A DNA stretch of 64,000 bases from Steroidobacteraceae bacterium (lineage in GTDB: Bacteria > Pseudomonadota > Gammaproteobacteria > Steroidobacterales > Steroidobacteraceae): NCBI GenBank assembly GCA_036270915.1, contig DATBBQ010000077.1, positions 30,881-94,880 on the forward strand. The letters are read 5' to 3'. This document shows, piece by piece, positions 30,660 through 39,560 of the stretch; the stretch's first letter is position 1, and the number at the start of each line of letters is the position of its first letter. A program made the translations under genes and the position numbers. Under the pieces are notes generated by a model. It was given only the letters and a program-made list of their open reading frames with translations, was not told the DNA's origin and ran no database searches.

Positions 30660-32660
30660 TCAAGCCTCCAGCAGTTCGCGAAGTTGGGTGACGATATTAT
30701 CGGCCGTGAAGCCGAAATGCGGGAACACGTCGGCCGCCTTTCCGGAGGCGCCGAAGGTGTCGATGCCGAGGACCCGGCCGTCGCTGCCGACGTAGCGCCA
30801 CCAGCTCTGGCGCGCGCCCGCCTCGACCGCGAGGCGGCGTGTCACGGCCCTGGGCAACACGCGCTCGCGGTAGCCTTCCTCCTGCGCATCGAAGCTCTCG
30901 GTCGAGGGCATCGAGACCAGACGCACGCGCCGTCCGGCGCCGTTCAGCGTGCCGACCGCCTGCGCTGCGATCCCCACCTCCGAGCCGGTGGCGATGACCA
31001 GCGCCTCGGGCGTGCCGCCGGCGGGCTCGATGAGCACGTAGCCGCCGCGGCCTATGTCAGCGAGCTGCTGCGGCGTGCGCTTCTGCTGCGGCACGGCCTG
31101 GCGCGTGAGCACGAGCGCGCTCGGTCCGTGCCGCTCGATCGCGAGCGTCCAGGCGACGGCGGTCTCGGCGGCATCGCAGGGCCGCCACAGATTCATGTGC
31201 GGGATGGCGCGCAGGCTCGCGAGCTGCTCGATCGGCTGGTGGGTCGGGCCGTCTTCGCCGAGGCCGATGGAGTCGTGCGAGTACACCAGGATCACCCGCT
31301 GGTTCATGAGGCAGGCGAGGCGCACGGCGTTGCGCGCGTAGTCGGAAAAGGTGAGGAACGTGCCGCCGTAGGGAATCAGGCCGCCGTGCAGGGCGATGCC
31401 GTTCATCATTCCGGTCATGCCGAATTCGCGGACCCCGTAGTGCAGGTAGTCGCCGTTCTCCTGGGTGGGCGTGACGGTCACGGCGCCCTTGAAGAGGGTG
31501 TTGTTCGAGCCGGTGAGGTCCGCCGAGCCGCCGAACAGCTCCGGGAGGGCCGGACCCAGAATATTGAGCGCGGCCTGCGAGGAGGCGCGCGTCGCCTGGG
31601 GCGCGCTCTGCTTACCGAGCGCCTCGAGGATCTGCTTGACCGTGTCCTCCCAGTTCTCCGGGAGCTTGCCCTGGATGCGCCGCTCGAACTGGGTGGCGAG
31701 ATCGGGAAAGGCGGAGCGGTAGCTCGCGAACAGCGCCCGCCACTCGCCCTCGAGCGCCGCCCCCTGGGCGCGGTGGTCCCAGGCGGCGCGGATGTCTGCG
31801 GGCACCTCGAAAGGCGGGTACGGCCAGCCGAGCGTCTGCCGCGCGGCCGCGACCTCCTCGGCGCCGAGCGCTTCGCCGTGGGCTTCCTTGGTGCCCTGCT
31901 TGTCGGGCGCGCCGAAGCCGATGATGGTCTTGCAGCAGATGAGCGAGGGGCGCCCGGTCTCCTCGCGCGCCGCACGCAGCGCCTTCTCGACCGCCACCGC
32001 GTCCAGGCCGTCGACGTCCGGCACCACGTGCCAGCCGTAGGCGGCGAAGCGCTCGGGGGTCTTGTCGGTGAACCAGCCTGCGACCTTGCCGTCGATCGAG
32101 ATGCCGTTGTCGTCGTAGAGGACGATCAGCTTGCCGAGCTTGAGCGTGCCGGCGAGCGAGCAAGCCTCGTGCGACACCCCCTCCATCAGGCAGCCGTCGC
32201 CGCAGAACGCGTACGTGTAGTGGTCGACCACGTCGAACCCGGGGCGGTTGAACTGCAGCGACAGCAGGCGCTCGGCGAGCGCCATGCCCGCCGCGTTCGC
32301 CAGGCCCTGCCCGAGGGGCCCGGTCGTGGTCTCGATCCCGAGCGGCAGGTCGTACTCGGGGTGCCCGGGAGTGCGGCTGCCGAGCTGGCGGAAGCCCTTG
32401 ATGTCCTCGAGGGTCAGCGGGTAGCCGGTGAGGTGCAGTACCGAGTACAGGAGCATCGAGCCGTGCCCGTTCGAGAGCACGAAGCGGTCGCGGTTGAACC
32501 ACTGCGGGTTCGCGGGGTTGTAGCGCAGGAAGCTGCGCCACAGCACCTGGGCTATGTCGGCCATGCCCATGGGCATGCCGGGATGTCCGGAGTTCGCGCG
32601 CTGCACGGCGTCCATGGACAGTGCGCGGATGGCGTTGGCGAGTTCGCGGGGTGTGCTCAT
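30660..32660 (-). CDS. tkt: transketolase
   Basis: [31 protein letters not shown] and ..[13 protein letters not shown].. ATG 32660 is chosen; the upstream extension is non-homologous. Confidence 0.96.
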   Translation of the reverse strand: MSTPRELANAIRALSMDAVQRANSGHPGMPMGMADIAQVLWRSFLRYNPANPQWFNRDRFVLSNGHGSMLLYSVLHLTGYPLTLEDIKGFRQLGSRTPGHPEYDLPLGIETTTGPLGQGLANAAGMALAERLLSLQFNRPGFDVVDHYTYAFCGDGCLMEGVSHEACSLAGTLKLGKLIVLYDDNGISIDGKVAGWFTDKTPERFAAYGWHVVPDVDGLDAVAVEKALRAAREETGRPSLICCKTIIGFGAPDKQGTKEAHGEALGAEEVAAARQTLGWPYPPFEVPADIRAAWDHRAQGAALEGEWRALFASYRSAFPDLATQFERRIQGKLPENWEDTVKQILEALGKQSAPQATRASSQAALNILGPALPELFGGSADLTGSNNTLFKGAVTVTPTQENGDYLHYGVREFGMTGMMNGIALHGGLIPYGGTFLTFSDYARNAVRLACLMNQRVILVYSHDSIGLGEDGPTHQPIEQLASLRAIPHMNLWRPCDAAETAVAWTLAIERHGPSALVLTRQAVPQQKRTPQQLADIGRGGYVLIEPAGGTPEALVIATGSEVGIAAQAVGTLNGAGRRVRLVSMPSTESFDAQEEGYRERVLPRAVTRRLAVEAGARQSWWRYVGSDGRVLGIDTFGASGKAADVFPHFGFTADNIVTQLRELLEA

Positions 32661-32976
32661 AGCAGTGCGCTCTGTGGCGGCCTCGGGGCCGCCTGCTGAA
32701 GGTCTCCGACGGTCAGATGCTGCACGCGCTTGCCGCGGGCGGGCATCGGCAGGGGCGCGCATTGTCCATCAGTCGCGCCCTATGCTCAATCGCGGCGGGA
32801 GCGCGCCGCCGTGGGCCGCCCGCCGTACGGTAAGCGCCAGGCGCAGCTCAAGGCGGGCCGTACCGCGCCGCATGCGACTTAAGGCGTCCCGGGAGCCGCG
32901 AATCGGGCGCGAACGGGGCGGCGAGCGGCCGCGGTGCTAGCCTTAGCGCCGCCGCACCACCGCAAGGACTCGACCG

Positions 32977-33354
32977 ATGAAGACGCTCCTCGTCGCCTGG
33001 GCGATCGCCGCCCTCCTCCTCAGTAACTTCGCCGCCGCCGCGGACGAGGACAACGCGATCACCGCCGGAGACCTGCAGCAGCTGTGCCGTGGAACTGACA
33101 CGACCAGCAAGAACGTCTGCCGCGTCTTCATCGTGGGCGTCGTGCAGGGCATCCGGCTCGGACTTTCGATCGCCGATCAACACGGTGCGCGCGCCTGCGT
33201 CCCGGGCACGATGTCGGCCGAAGGCCTCGAGAGCGCGGTGAAGACCCAGCTCGACGAGAGGCTCCAGTCCAAGCCCGCCGACGAGCAGCAGGCCGCCGCG
33301 AACGTGATCGGTCGCATCGTCGTGCGCGCCTTTCCGTGCCCGCAGGCTCACTGA
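32977..33354 (+). CDS. small secreted Cys-containing protein resembling the Rap1a/Tai4 immunity-protein family
   Basis: Signal peptide MKTLLVAWAIAALLLSNFAAA. ..GDLQQLC....CRVFIVGVVQG...ACVP.......FPCP matches my recollection of the PF18602 pattern (C..GYI.GV.D ... C.P ... FPC). No search was run. Confidence 0.55.
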   Translation: MKTLLVAWAIAALLLSNFAAAADEDNAITAGDLQQLCRGTDTTSKNVCRVFIVGVVQGIRLGLSIADQHGARACVPGTMSAEGLESAVKTQLDERLQSKPADEQQAAANVIGRIVVRAFPCPQAH

Positions 33355-33674
33355 AGAGCGTGCCGCGCGGCGTGACGCATTTGCTGAACGTCGGCTGAAT
33401 GCGACGGCTGCGTCCCGCTCAAGCTGTGAATTGCGTTCCGAACTTCCTGCGTGGTGCGCGCGCCGCGGAGAGCCTCTCCGGCAGGCCTTTTTTGCGGCCA
33501 AAAATGTGCGCTGCGTGCAACGGACATAAGACAGTGCCCGCGCGGGCTGCTTCACATTCTGCGCATGGCGAAGCGGAACCGGGTCAACGTTGTGCGCGCG
33601 CACGGCGCGCGCGTGGAACTCGCCGATGACGTGGTTCACTGCAGTCGCCGCGGAGCGTCTGCTAACCTGCCGCC

Positions 33675-34466
33675 ATGAGCGTGGTACGCCTCACCCATTT
33701 CACCGACCCGCATCTGTACGGCGGCGAGCACGAGACCCTGCGCGGGGTCGCGACGCTGCCGGCGCTGCAGGCCGCGCTCGCGCACGCGCGCACGCGCGAC
33801 TGGCCGCCGGAGGCGCTGCTGGTGACCGGCGATCTGGTGCAGGATGACCCGGGCGGCTACCCGCACTTCAGGCGCCTGTTCGGCGGCCTCGGGCGGCCCG
33901 TGCTGTGCGTGCCCGGCAATCACGACGAACCGCGAGCCATGCGCAGCGAGCTCGCCGGCTCGCCCTTCGTACTCGGCGGCCACGTAGACCTCGGTCGCTG
34001 GCGCATCGTGCTGCTCGACAGCTGTCTGCCGGGCTCGGCGAGCGGCGCGCTGAGCGCCGAGGCACTCGCGGGCCTGGACGCCGCGCTCGCCGGGGCCGCC
34101 GGGCGGCACTGCCTGGTGTGCCTGCACCATCACCCCGTGCCGATGTCCAGTCGCTGGCTCGATCGCGTGGGCCTCACCAACGCGGCAGAATTCCTGCACA
34201 CCCTCGACGGGCACCGCAACGTGCGCGCGGTGCTGTGGGGTCACGTGCACCAGGCCTTCGACGCCGTGCGCAAGGGCGTGCGGCTGCTCGCCACGCCCTC
34301 AACCTGCGCGCAGTTCCTGCCGCACGCGGAGGACTTCGCGGTCGATCGCCGGCCGCCCGGCTACCGCACGCTGGAGCTGCGCGCCGACGGATCGCTCCTG
34401 ACGGAGGTCGTGTGGGTCGAAGAGCACTGCGGTGGCTCCTCGCGCTCAGCCTGCTCGGCGGCCTGA
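33675..34466 (+). CDS. cpdA: 3',5'-cyclic-nucleotide phosphodiesterase (CpdA-type metallophosphoesterase)
   Basis: LTHFTDPHLYG, LLVTGDLVQDD, VPGNHD, CLHHHP and WGHVH motifs. Confidence 0.85.
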   Translation: MSVVRLTHFTDPHLYGGEHETLRGVATLPALQAALAHARTRDWPPEALLVTGDLVQDDPGGYPHFRRLFGGLGRPVLCVPGNHDEPRAMRSELAGSPFVLGGHVDLGRWRIVLLDSCLPGSASGALSAEALAGLDAALAGAAGRHCLVCLHHHPVPMSSRWLDRVGLTNAAEFLHTLDGHRNVRAVLWGHVHQAFDAVRKGVRLLATPSTCAQFLPHAEDFAVDRRPPGYRTLELRADGSLLTEVVWVEEHCGGSSRSACSAA

Positions 34467-35281
34467 ACGCCCACGCCGCGGGCCCGGTCTGGGCCATCCG
34501 CGGCGCACATAACACGGTGTACCTGGCGGGCTCGGTGCACATGCTGCCGGCCAGTGATTCCTCGCTGCCGAAGGCGTTCGAGCGCGCGTACACGGATTCC
34601 TCGCGGCTCGTGATGGAGATCGATCTTGGCAACTTCGACCCGCTCGAGGCGACCGCCTGGATGATGGACAAGAGCGCCCTGCCGCCCGGGACCACGCTGC
34701 GCGGCGTGCTGGGCGAGCCGCGCTACCAGCGCGTGACGAGCGCCGCCACGTCCTTCGGACTCACCATGCCGATGCTCGACAGCCTGGCGCCCTGGATGGT
34801 CGGCATCGAGCTCACCGACCTCGCCTACGTGCACGCGGGCTTTGATCCCGAGGACGGCGTCGAGGAGCAGCTGGTACGGCGTGCCCAGAGCGATCACAAG
34901 AGCACCGGCGGTCTCGAGACCCTCTCCGAGGAGCTCGGCGGACTCGTGGCCCTTTCGCGCGAGGACCAGGTGAAGATGCTCGATCAGACGCTGGATGAGA
35001 CCAAGGAGCTGCAGGCGGAGATGCAGGACATCATCGCCGCCTGGCGCCGCGGCGACACGCAGCGCCTGGCCAAGCTGCTGTCTACCGAGTACAGCTCCTT
35101 CCCCGCGCTCTACCGCCCGCTGGTCACGGAGCGCAACGAGAAGTGGCTGCCGCAGATCGAGCAGATGCTCAAGGGCGAGGCGAACGTCATGGTCGTGGTC
35201 GGCGCGCTGCACGTGGTCGGCAAGGGCGGCCTGCTCGAGCTCCTGCGCAAAGACGGCTACACCGCCAAGCAGCTCGACTGA
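34412..35281 (+). CDS. TraB/GumN (TIKI/PrgY-like) family protein with signal peptide
   Basis: GTG 34412 is preceded by GGAGG (34402-34406). LRWLLALSLLGGLNAHA signal peptide; YLAGSVHMLP and VVVGALHVVGKGGLLELL motifs. The gene overlaps the cpdA 3' end by 55 nt. Confidence 0.78.
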   Translation: MGRRALRWLLALSLLGGLNAHAAGPVWAIRGAHNTVYLAGSVHMLPASDSSLPKAFERAYTDSSRLVMEIDLGNFDPLEATAWMMDKSALPPGTTLRGVLGEPRYQRVTSAATSFGLTMPMLDSLAPWMVGIELTDLAYVHAGFDPEDGVEEQLVRRAQSDHKSTGGLETLSEELGGLVALSREDQVKMLDQTLDETKELQAEMQDIIAAWRRGDTQRLAKLLSTEYSSFPALYRPLVTERNEKWLPQIEQMLKGEANVMVVVGALHVVGKGGLLELLRKDGYTAKQLD

Positions 35282-35290
35282 GCGAGCGCC

Positions 35291-36181
35291 TCAACCGCGC
35301 GCCGGCGGCGCGCTGCGTGCCTGATAGAAGCGCCAGATGGGCACCGCGAGCGCGACGATCCAGGCGAGCACCAGCCAGCCGACGAAGCCGTCGAAGCGGC
35401 TGAGGAGAAAGCCGAGGGGCGCCGTACGCCGCGGCTGCGTCAGCTCGTGTACCACCAGCATCACCCACACCCAGCCGGCGTGCAGACCGACGCACGCGGC
35501 GATGTTGCCGGTCGCGGCGCGCACCATGCCGAGAAGCACCCCGACCGCGAACAGCGCCAGGAAGGCGTCGAGGATGGAGAGCGGCTGGGCGAAGGCGTGC
35601 AGCGTACCCTGAAGCAGCGCCACCCCGCTCCAGGGCGTCACGGCCTCGGCCGCGATGTGATAGCTCGCGAAGAAATGCGTGGCGGCGAAGATGAGCGACG
35701 TGAGGATGATCGCGGTGCGTGTGCCGGACTCGCGGGCGATTCCGGTCTGCATCGCCCCGCGCAGGAAGGTCTCCTCGATGAACCCCACCGCCAGGCCGCT
35801 GCCGAGGCGCAGCAGCACCAGCTTGAGGAACGCGCCGCCACCGAGATCCGCGGCGCGACTCCAGTCGAGGAGCCCGAGGGCGCTCATGGCGGCGACCACC
35901 CCCAGCATGGTGGCCACCCCGAGGCCGAGCCCGAAGAGCATCTCCCGCACGAACAGCGGCCGCGGCACCCCGTAGCCGAGGCTGCGCTTGTCGGCGAGGC
36001 CCAGGCGGCGCGCGACCAGCACGAAGCCCACCAGGAGCGCGAGCATGCCGATGCGCTCGCCGATGCGGTGGAACGGGAAAGAGAAGTGCGGGTGCAGGAG
36101 GAGCCACGCCGGATAGGTGAAGGCCGCGATCGCCGCGAGCGCGAGCAGCATCAGGACCAGGAAGTAGAGGAACGTGCGCAC
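35291..36181 (-). CDS. CPBP-family intramembrane glutamic endopeptidase (CAAX protease/Abi type)
   Basis: Polytopic membrane protein with FIEETFLRGAM (EExxxR), FAATHF (FxxxH) and GLHAGWV motifs. Confidence 0.8.
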   Translation of the reverse strand: MRTFLYFLVLMLLALAAIAAFTYPAWLLLHPHFSFPFHRIGERIGMLALLVGFVLVARRLGLADKRSLGYGVPRPLFVREMLFGLGLGVATMLGVVAAMSALGLLDWSRAADLGGGAFLKLVLLRLGSGLAVGFIEETFLRGAMQTGIARESGTRTAIILTSLIFAATHFFASYHIAAEAVTPWSGVALLQGTLHAFAQPLSILDAFLALFAVGVLLGMVRAATGNIAACVGLHAGWVWVMLVVHELTQPRRTAPLGFLLSRFDGFVGWLVLAWIVALAVPIWRFYQARSAPPARG

Positions 36182-36183
36182 CG

Positions 36184-37248
36184 TCAGGGATCGCGGCGCG
36201 CGCCGTGCTCGAGGTACCAGTCCACGACCTGCTCGAAGCCGCGCTGCGCCCCGAGCTGCGGCTCATAGCCGAGTTCGGCGCGCGCCTTGGCGACGTCCAT
36301 GGCGTAGCGATAATCATGGCCCGGCCGGTCGGTCACGAAGCTGATGAGGGTTTCGCTCTTCTCGGCGCGCGCGGCCGGGCAGCGCGCGAAGCGCGCACGC
36401 AGGGCCGGGCTCGAGGCGAAGCGGGTATCGACGATCGCGCACAGCGTGCGCACCAGGTCGATGTTGCGCCGCTCGCACTCGCCGCCCAGGTTGTAGACCT
36501 CCCCGACCCGGCCGCGTGCGAGGATGAGCTCGATCCCGCGACAGTGATCGCTCACGTGCAGCCAGTCGCGCACGTTGCTGCCGTCGCCGTACACCGGCAG
36601 CGCCTCCCCGGCGAGGATCTTGAGAATCGTGAGCGGAATTAGCTTCTCCGGATACCGCAGCGGACCGTAATTGTTCGAGCAGTTGCTCGTGGTGGTGCGC
36701 AGCCCGTAGGTGTGGTGGTAGGCGCGTACCAGGTGATCGGCCGCCGCCTTGCTCGCCGAGTACGGCGAGTTCGGCGCGTAGCGCGTGCGCTCGGTGAAGG
36801 GCGCATCACCCGGCTGCAGCGAGCCGTAGACCTCGTCGGTGGAGACGTGGTGGAACAGGTGCGAGGCGAGCGCGCGCTCCTTCAGCCACACCGTGCGCGC
36901 CGCCTCGAGCAGTGCCTGCGTGCCGAGCACGTTGGTGCGAATGAAGGCGTCCGGGTCCCGGATCGAGCGGTCGACGTGCGACTCGGCGGCGAAGTGCACG
37001 ACGGTGTCGATGCCTTCCGCGCGCAGCAGCGCCTCGACCGCGGCGCGCGAGCAGATGTCCCCGTGCACGAAGCGGTAGCGGGCGTCGCCCTCGGCGGCAG
37101 CGAGGTTGGCGCGGTTTCCCGCGTAGGTGAGCGCATCCAGCACCACGACGCGATCGTGCGGCTGCGCGTGCAGCCAGTGCAGCACGAAATTCGCGCCGAT
37201 GAAGCCGGCGCCGCCGGTGACCAGCAGCCTACGCACGGGCCAGCTCAT
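36184..37248 (-). CDS. rfbB: dTDP-glucose 4,6-dehydratase
   Basis: RLLVTGGAGFIGANFV and YSASKAAADHLVRAY (YxxxK). The 505-aa ORF extension overlaps rfbD in another frame. Confidence 0.95.
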   Translation of the reverse strand: MSWPVRRLLVTGGAGFIGANFVLHWLHAQPHDRVVVLDALTYAGNRANLAAAEGDARYRFVHGDICSRAAVEALLRAEGIDTVVHFAAESHVDRSIRDPDAFIRTNVLGTQALLEAARTVWLKERALASHLFHHVSTDEVYGSLQPGDAPFTERTRYAPNSPYSASKAAADHLVRAYHHTYGLRTTTSNCSNNYGPLRYPEKLIPLTILKILAGEALPVYGDGSNVRDWLHVSDHCRGIELILARGRVGEVYNLGGECERRNIDLVRTLCAIVDTRFASSPALRARFARCPAARAEKSETLISFVTDRPGHDYRYAMDVAKARAELGYEPQLGAQRGFEQVVDWYLEHGARRDP

Positions 37249-38101
37249 CGAGCACGTCCGCGAGCTCCGCGCGCCAGTGGCGCGGCGCGGTGAGCATGAC
37301 GAGCGAACGGGTATCGAGCACGCTGTAGGCAGGCCGGCGCGCGCGCGTCGGGTACTCGGCGGTGGTGATCGGCGTGACGCTCGCGTCCGCGCGCAGGATC
37401 CCGCGGCGCCGGCCCTCCTCGGCGATCGCGACCGCGAAGTCGTACCAGCTGGCGACTCCGGCGTCACTCCAGTGGTGCACGCCGCCGAGCTCGGGGCGCG
37501 CGCTGATCTGCCAGATGACCCGCGCGAGCGACCGCGCCGAGGTGGGCGTGCCCACCTGATCGGCGACCACGCGCACCGCCTGACCTGAGCCCATGAGGCG
37601 CAGCATGGTCTTGAGGAAGTTCGCGCCCCAGGGGGCATACACCCACGAGGTGCGCAGTACCACGGCGCGCTCGGGAAGCAGCGCGAGCACCTGCTCCTCA
37701 CCCGCCCTCTTTGTGCGCCCGTACACGTTCAGCGGGCGCGTGGCGGCCTTGGGTCCGTAGGGCACGGACGCGGTGCCGTCGAAGACGAAGTCGGTCGAGA
37801 TATGCACCAGCCGCGCGCCGGCCGCGCGCGCGGCGCGCGCGAGGTGCCCCGGGCCCTCCCCGTTGACCGCCTGTGCCCGCGCGGGCTCCTCCTCGGCACG
37901 CTCGACCTGGGTGTACGCGGCGGCGTTGATGATCAAGTCCGGATGCGCTTCCGCCACCGCCTGCGCAACCGCACGCGCGTCCGTCACGTCGAGTTGCGCG
38001 CGCGTGAGCGCCCGCACGCTGACGCCCGCGGGGACGAGCGCAGCGAGCGCACGCCCCACCTGGCCGGCCGCACCCGTGAGCAGGACGTTCACGGGAAGCA
38101 C
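37229..38101 (-). CDS. rfbD: dTDP-4-dehydrorhamnose reductase
   Basis: VLLTGAAGQVGRAL and ..YGRTKRAGE. The start is either GTG 38101 or GTG 38092; the latter gives a GTGA overlap with the rfbC stop. Confidence 0.9.
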   Translation of the reverse strand: MLPVNVLLTGAAGQVGRALAALVPAGVSVRALTRAQLDVTDARAVAQAVAEAHPDLIINAAAYTQVERAEEEPARAQAVNGEGPGHLARAARAAGARLVHISTDFVFDGTASVPYGPKAATRPLNVYGRTKRAGEEQVLALLPERAVVLRTSWVYAPWGANFLKTMLRLMGSGQAVRVVADQVGTPTSARSLARVIWQISARPELGGVHHWSDAGVASWYDFAVAIAEEGRRRGILRADASVTPITTAEYPTRARRPAYSVLDTRSLVMLTAPRHWRAELADVLDELARA

Positions 38102-38637
38102 TCAGCGTCGCGCAAGGAGCGCGCCGCGGCGTCCCGGGCGGAGAGCACCGGCTGTGCGCCCGGCGGCAGCGGCCAGGGGACGGCGAGCTCGGGGTCGCTC
38201 CAGTGGATCGCGCGTTCGTCCTCGGGTGCGTAGTAGTCAGTGCAGCGGTACAGAAAGTCCGCGGAATCACTCAACACCAGGAAGCCGTGAGCGAAGCCCG
38301 CCGGCACCCACAGCATCTCGTGGTTCTGCGCACTCAGGGTGATACCGACCCAGCGCCCGAAGTGCGGCGAGTGGCGGCGAATGTCGACGGCGACGTCATA
38401 GACGCTGCCGGCCACCACCCGCACCAGCTTGCCCTGCGGATGACGCAGCTGGTAGTGCAGTCCGCGCAGCGTGTGGCGCGTCGAGTGGCTGTGGTTGTCC
38501 TGCACGAACGTCGCCGTAATGCCCGCCGCGGCGAACTTGCGCTCCTGCCACGACTCGAGGAAGTAGCCGCGCGGGTCGCCGAAGACCTCCGGTCGGATGA
38601 GCACGACGTCGGGGATCTCGGTGGGCAGGAAGCGCAT
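38089..38637 (-). CDS. rfbC: dTDP-4-dehydrorhamnose 3,5-epimerase
   Basis: DPRGYFLESW, ..RGLHYQ.. and FAHGFLVLSD motifs. Confidence 0.95.
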   Translation of the reverse strand: MRFLPTEIPDVVLIRPEVFGDPRGYFLESWQERKFAAAGITATFVQDNHSHSTRHTLRGLHYQLRHPQGKLVRVVAGSVYDVAVDIRRHSPHFGRWVGITLSAQNHEMLWVPAGFAHGFLVLSDSADFLYRCTDYYAPEDERAIHWSDPELAVPWPLPPGAQPVLSARDAAARSLRDAECFP

Positions 38638-38639
38638 GT

Positions 38640-39518
38640 TCAGGCGCGTCCGCCGGCGATCTCGAGCAGGTACTCCCCGTAACCGCTGCGCGTCAGCGCG
38701 CGTGCCAGGCGCTCGAGCTGCGCGGCGTCGATGTAGCCGCAGCGGAAGGCGATCTCCTCCGGGCAGCAGACCTTGAGGCCCTGGCGGCTCTCGAGCGTCT
38801 CGATGAACATCGCCGCGCGCAGCAACGACTCATGCGTGCCCGTGTCGAGCCAGGCGACGCCCCGGCCGAGCAGCTCCACGCGCAGCGTGCCGCGCTCGAG
38901 GTAGGCACGGTTCACGTCGGTGATCTCCAGCTCCCCGCGCGCGGACGGACGCAGCGAGCTCGCGATCGCGACGACGTCGTTGTCGTAGTAGTAAAGCCCG
39001 GTGACCGCGTGATGCGAGCGCGGGCTGGCGGGCTTCTCCTCGATGCTGAGCGCATTGCCGTGCGCATCGAACTCGACGACGCCGTAGCGCTCCGGGTCGC
39101 GCACGCGATAGGCGAACACGGTGGCGCCGCTGGCGCGCGTGGCGGCGGCGCGCACCTGCTCGGGCAGCCCGTGTCCGTAGAAGATGTTGTCGCCGAGCGC
39201 GAGCGCGACGCGCTCTTGTCCGATGAAGGTGCGCCCGATGAGGAAGGCCTGCGCCAGACCCTCCGGGCGCGGCTGCACTGCGTAGCTGAGCGCGATACCC
39301 CACTGCGTCCCGTCGCCGAGCAGGCGCTGAAAGAGCGGCAGGTCCTCGGGGGTGCAGATGACGAGGATGTCGCGGATGCCAGAGAGCATGAGCGTCGAGA
39401 GCGGGTAGTAGACCATCGGCTTGTCGTACACCGGCAGGAGCTGCTTGCTCACCCCGACGGTCACCGGATGCAGACGCGTGCCGGTTCCGCCGGCCAGGAC
39501 GATCCCTTTGAGGCTCAT
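38640..39518 (-). CDS. rfbA: glucose-1-phosphate thymidylyltransferase
   Basis: [35 protein letters not shown]. Confidence 0.96.
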   Translation of the reverse strand: MSLKGIVLAGGTGTRLHPVTVGVSKQLLPVYDKPMVYYPLSTLMLSGIRDILVICTPEDLPLFQRLLGDGTQWGIALSYAVQPRPEGLAQAFLIGRTFIGQERVALALGDNIFYGHGLPEQVRAAATRASGATVFAYRVRDPERYGVVEFDAHGNALSIEEKPASPRSHHAVTGLYYYDNDVVAIASSLRPSARGELEITDVNRAYLERGTLRVELLGRGVAWLDTGTHESLLRAAMFIETLESRQGLKVCCPEEIAFRCGYIDAAQLERLARALTRSGYGEYLLEIAGGRA

Positions 39519-39560
39519 GGGGCTAGCGCACCGGGTTTAGGCGACGACACGGCATAGGAG

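Noticed and set aside
33425-33440. TGTGA half-site upstream of cpdA, considered as a CRP/Clp-type operator for a cAMP phosphodiesterase gene
   Set aside because: The second half is TTCCG rather than TCACA (2 of 5 matches). A single half-site is expected by chance.
36184-37701. 505-aa version of the rfbB ORF; similar long N-terminal extensions at 56650-58380 (kdkA), 33905-35281 (GumN-like), 4578-5657, 10707-12230, 30660-32762 and 27001-28605
   Set aside because: The extensions overlap the neighbouring upstream gene in another frame and are Arg/Ser/Pro-rich with no homology. Internal starts give proteins of canonical length with a Shine-Dalgarno or start/stop coupling.
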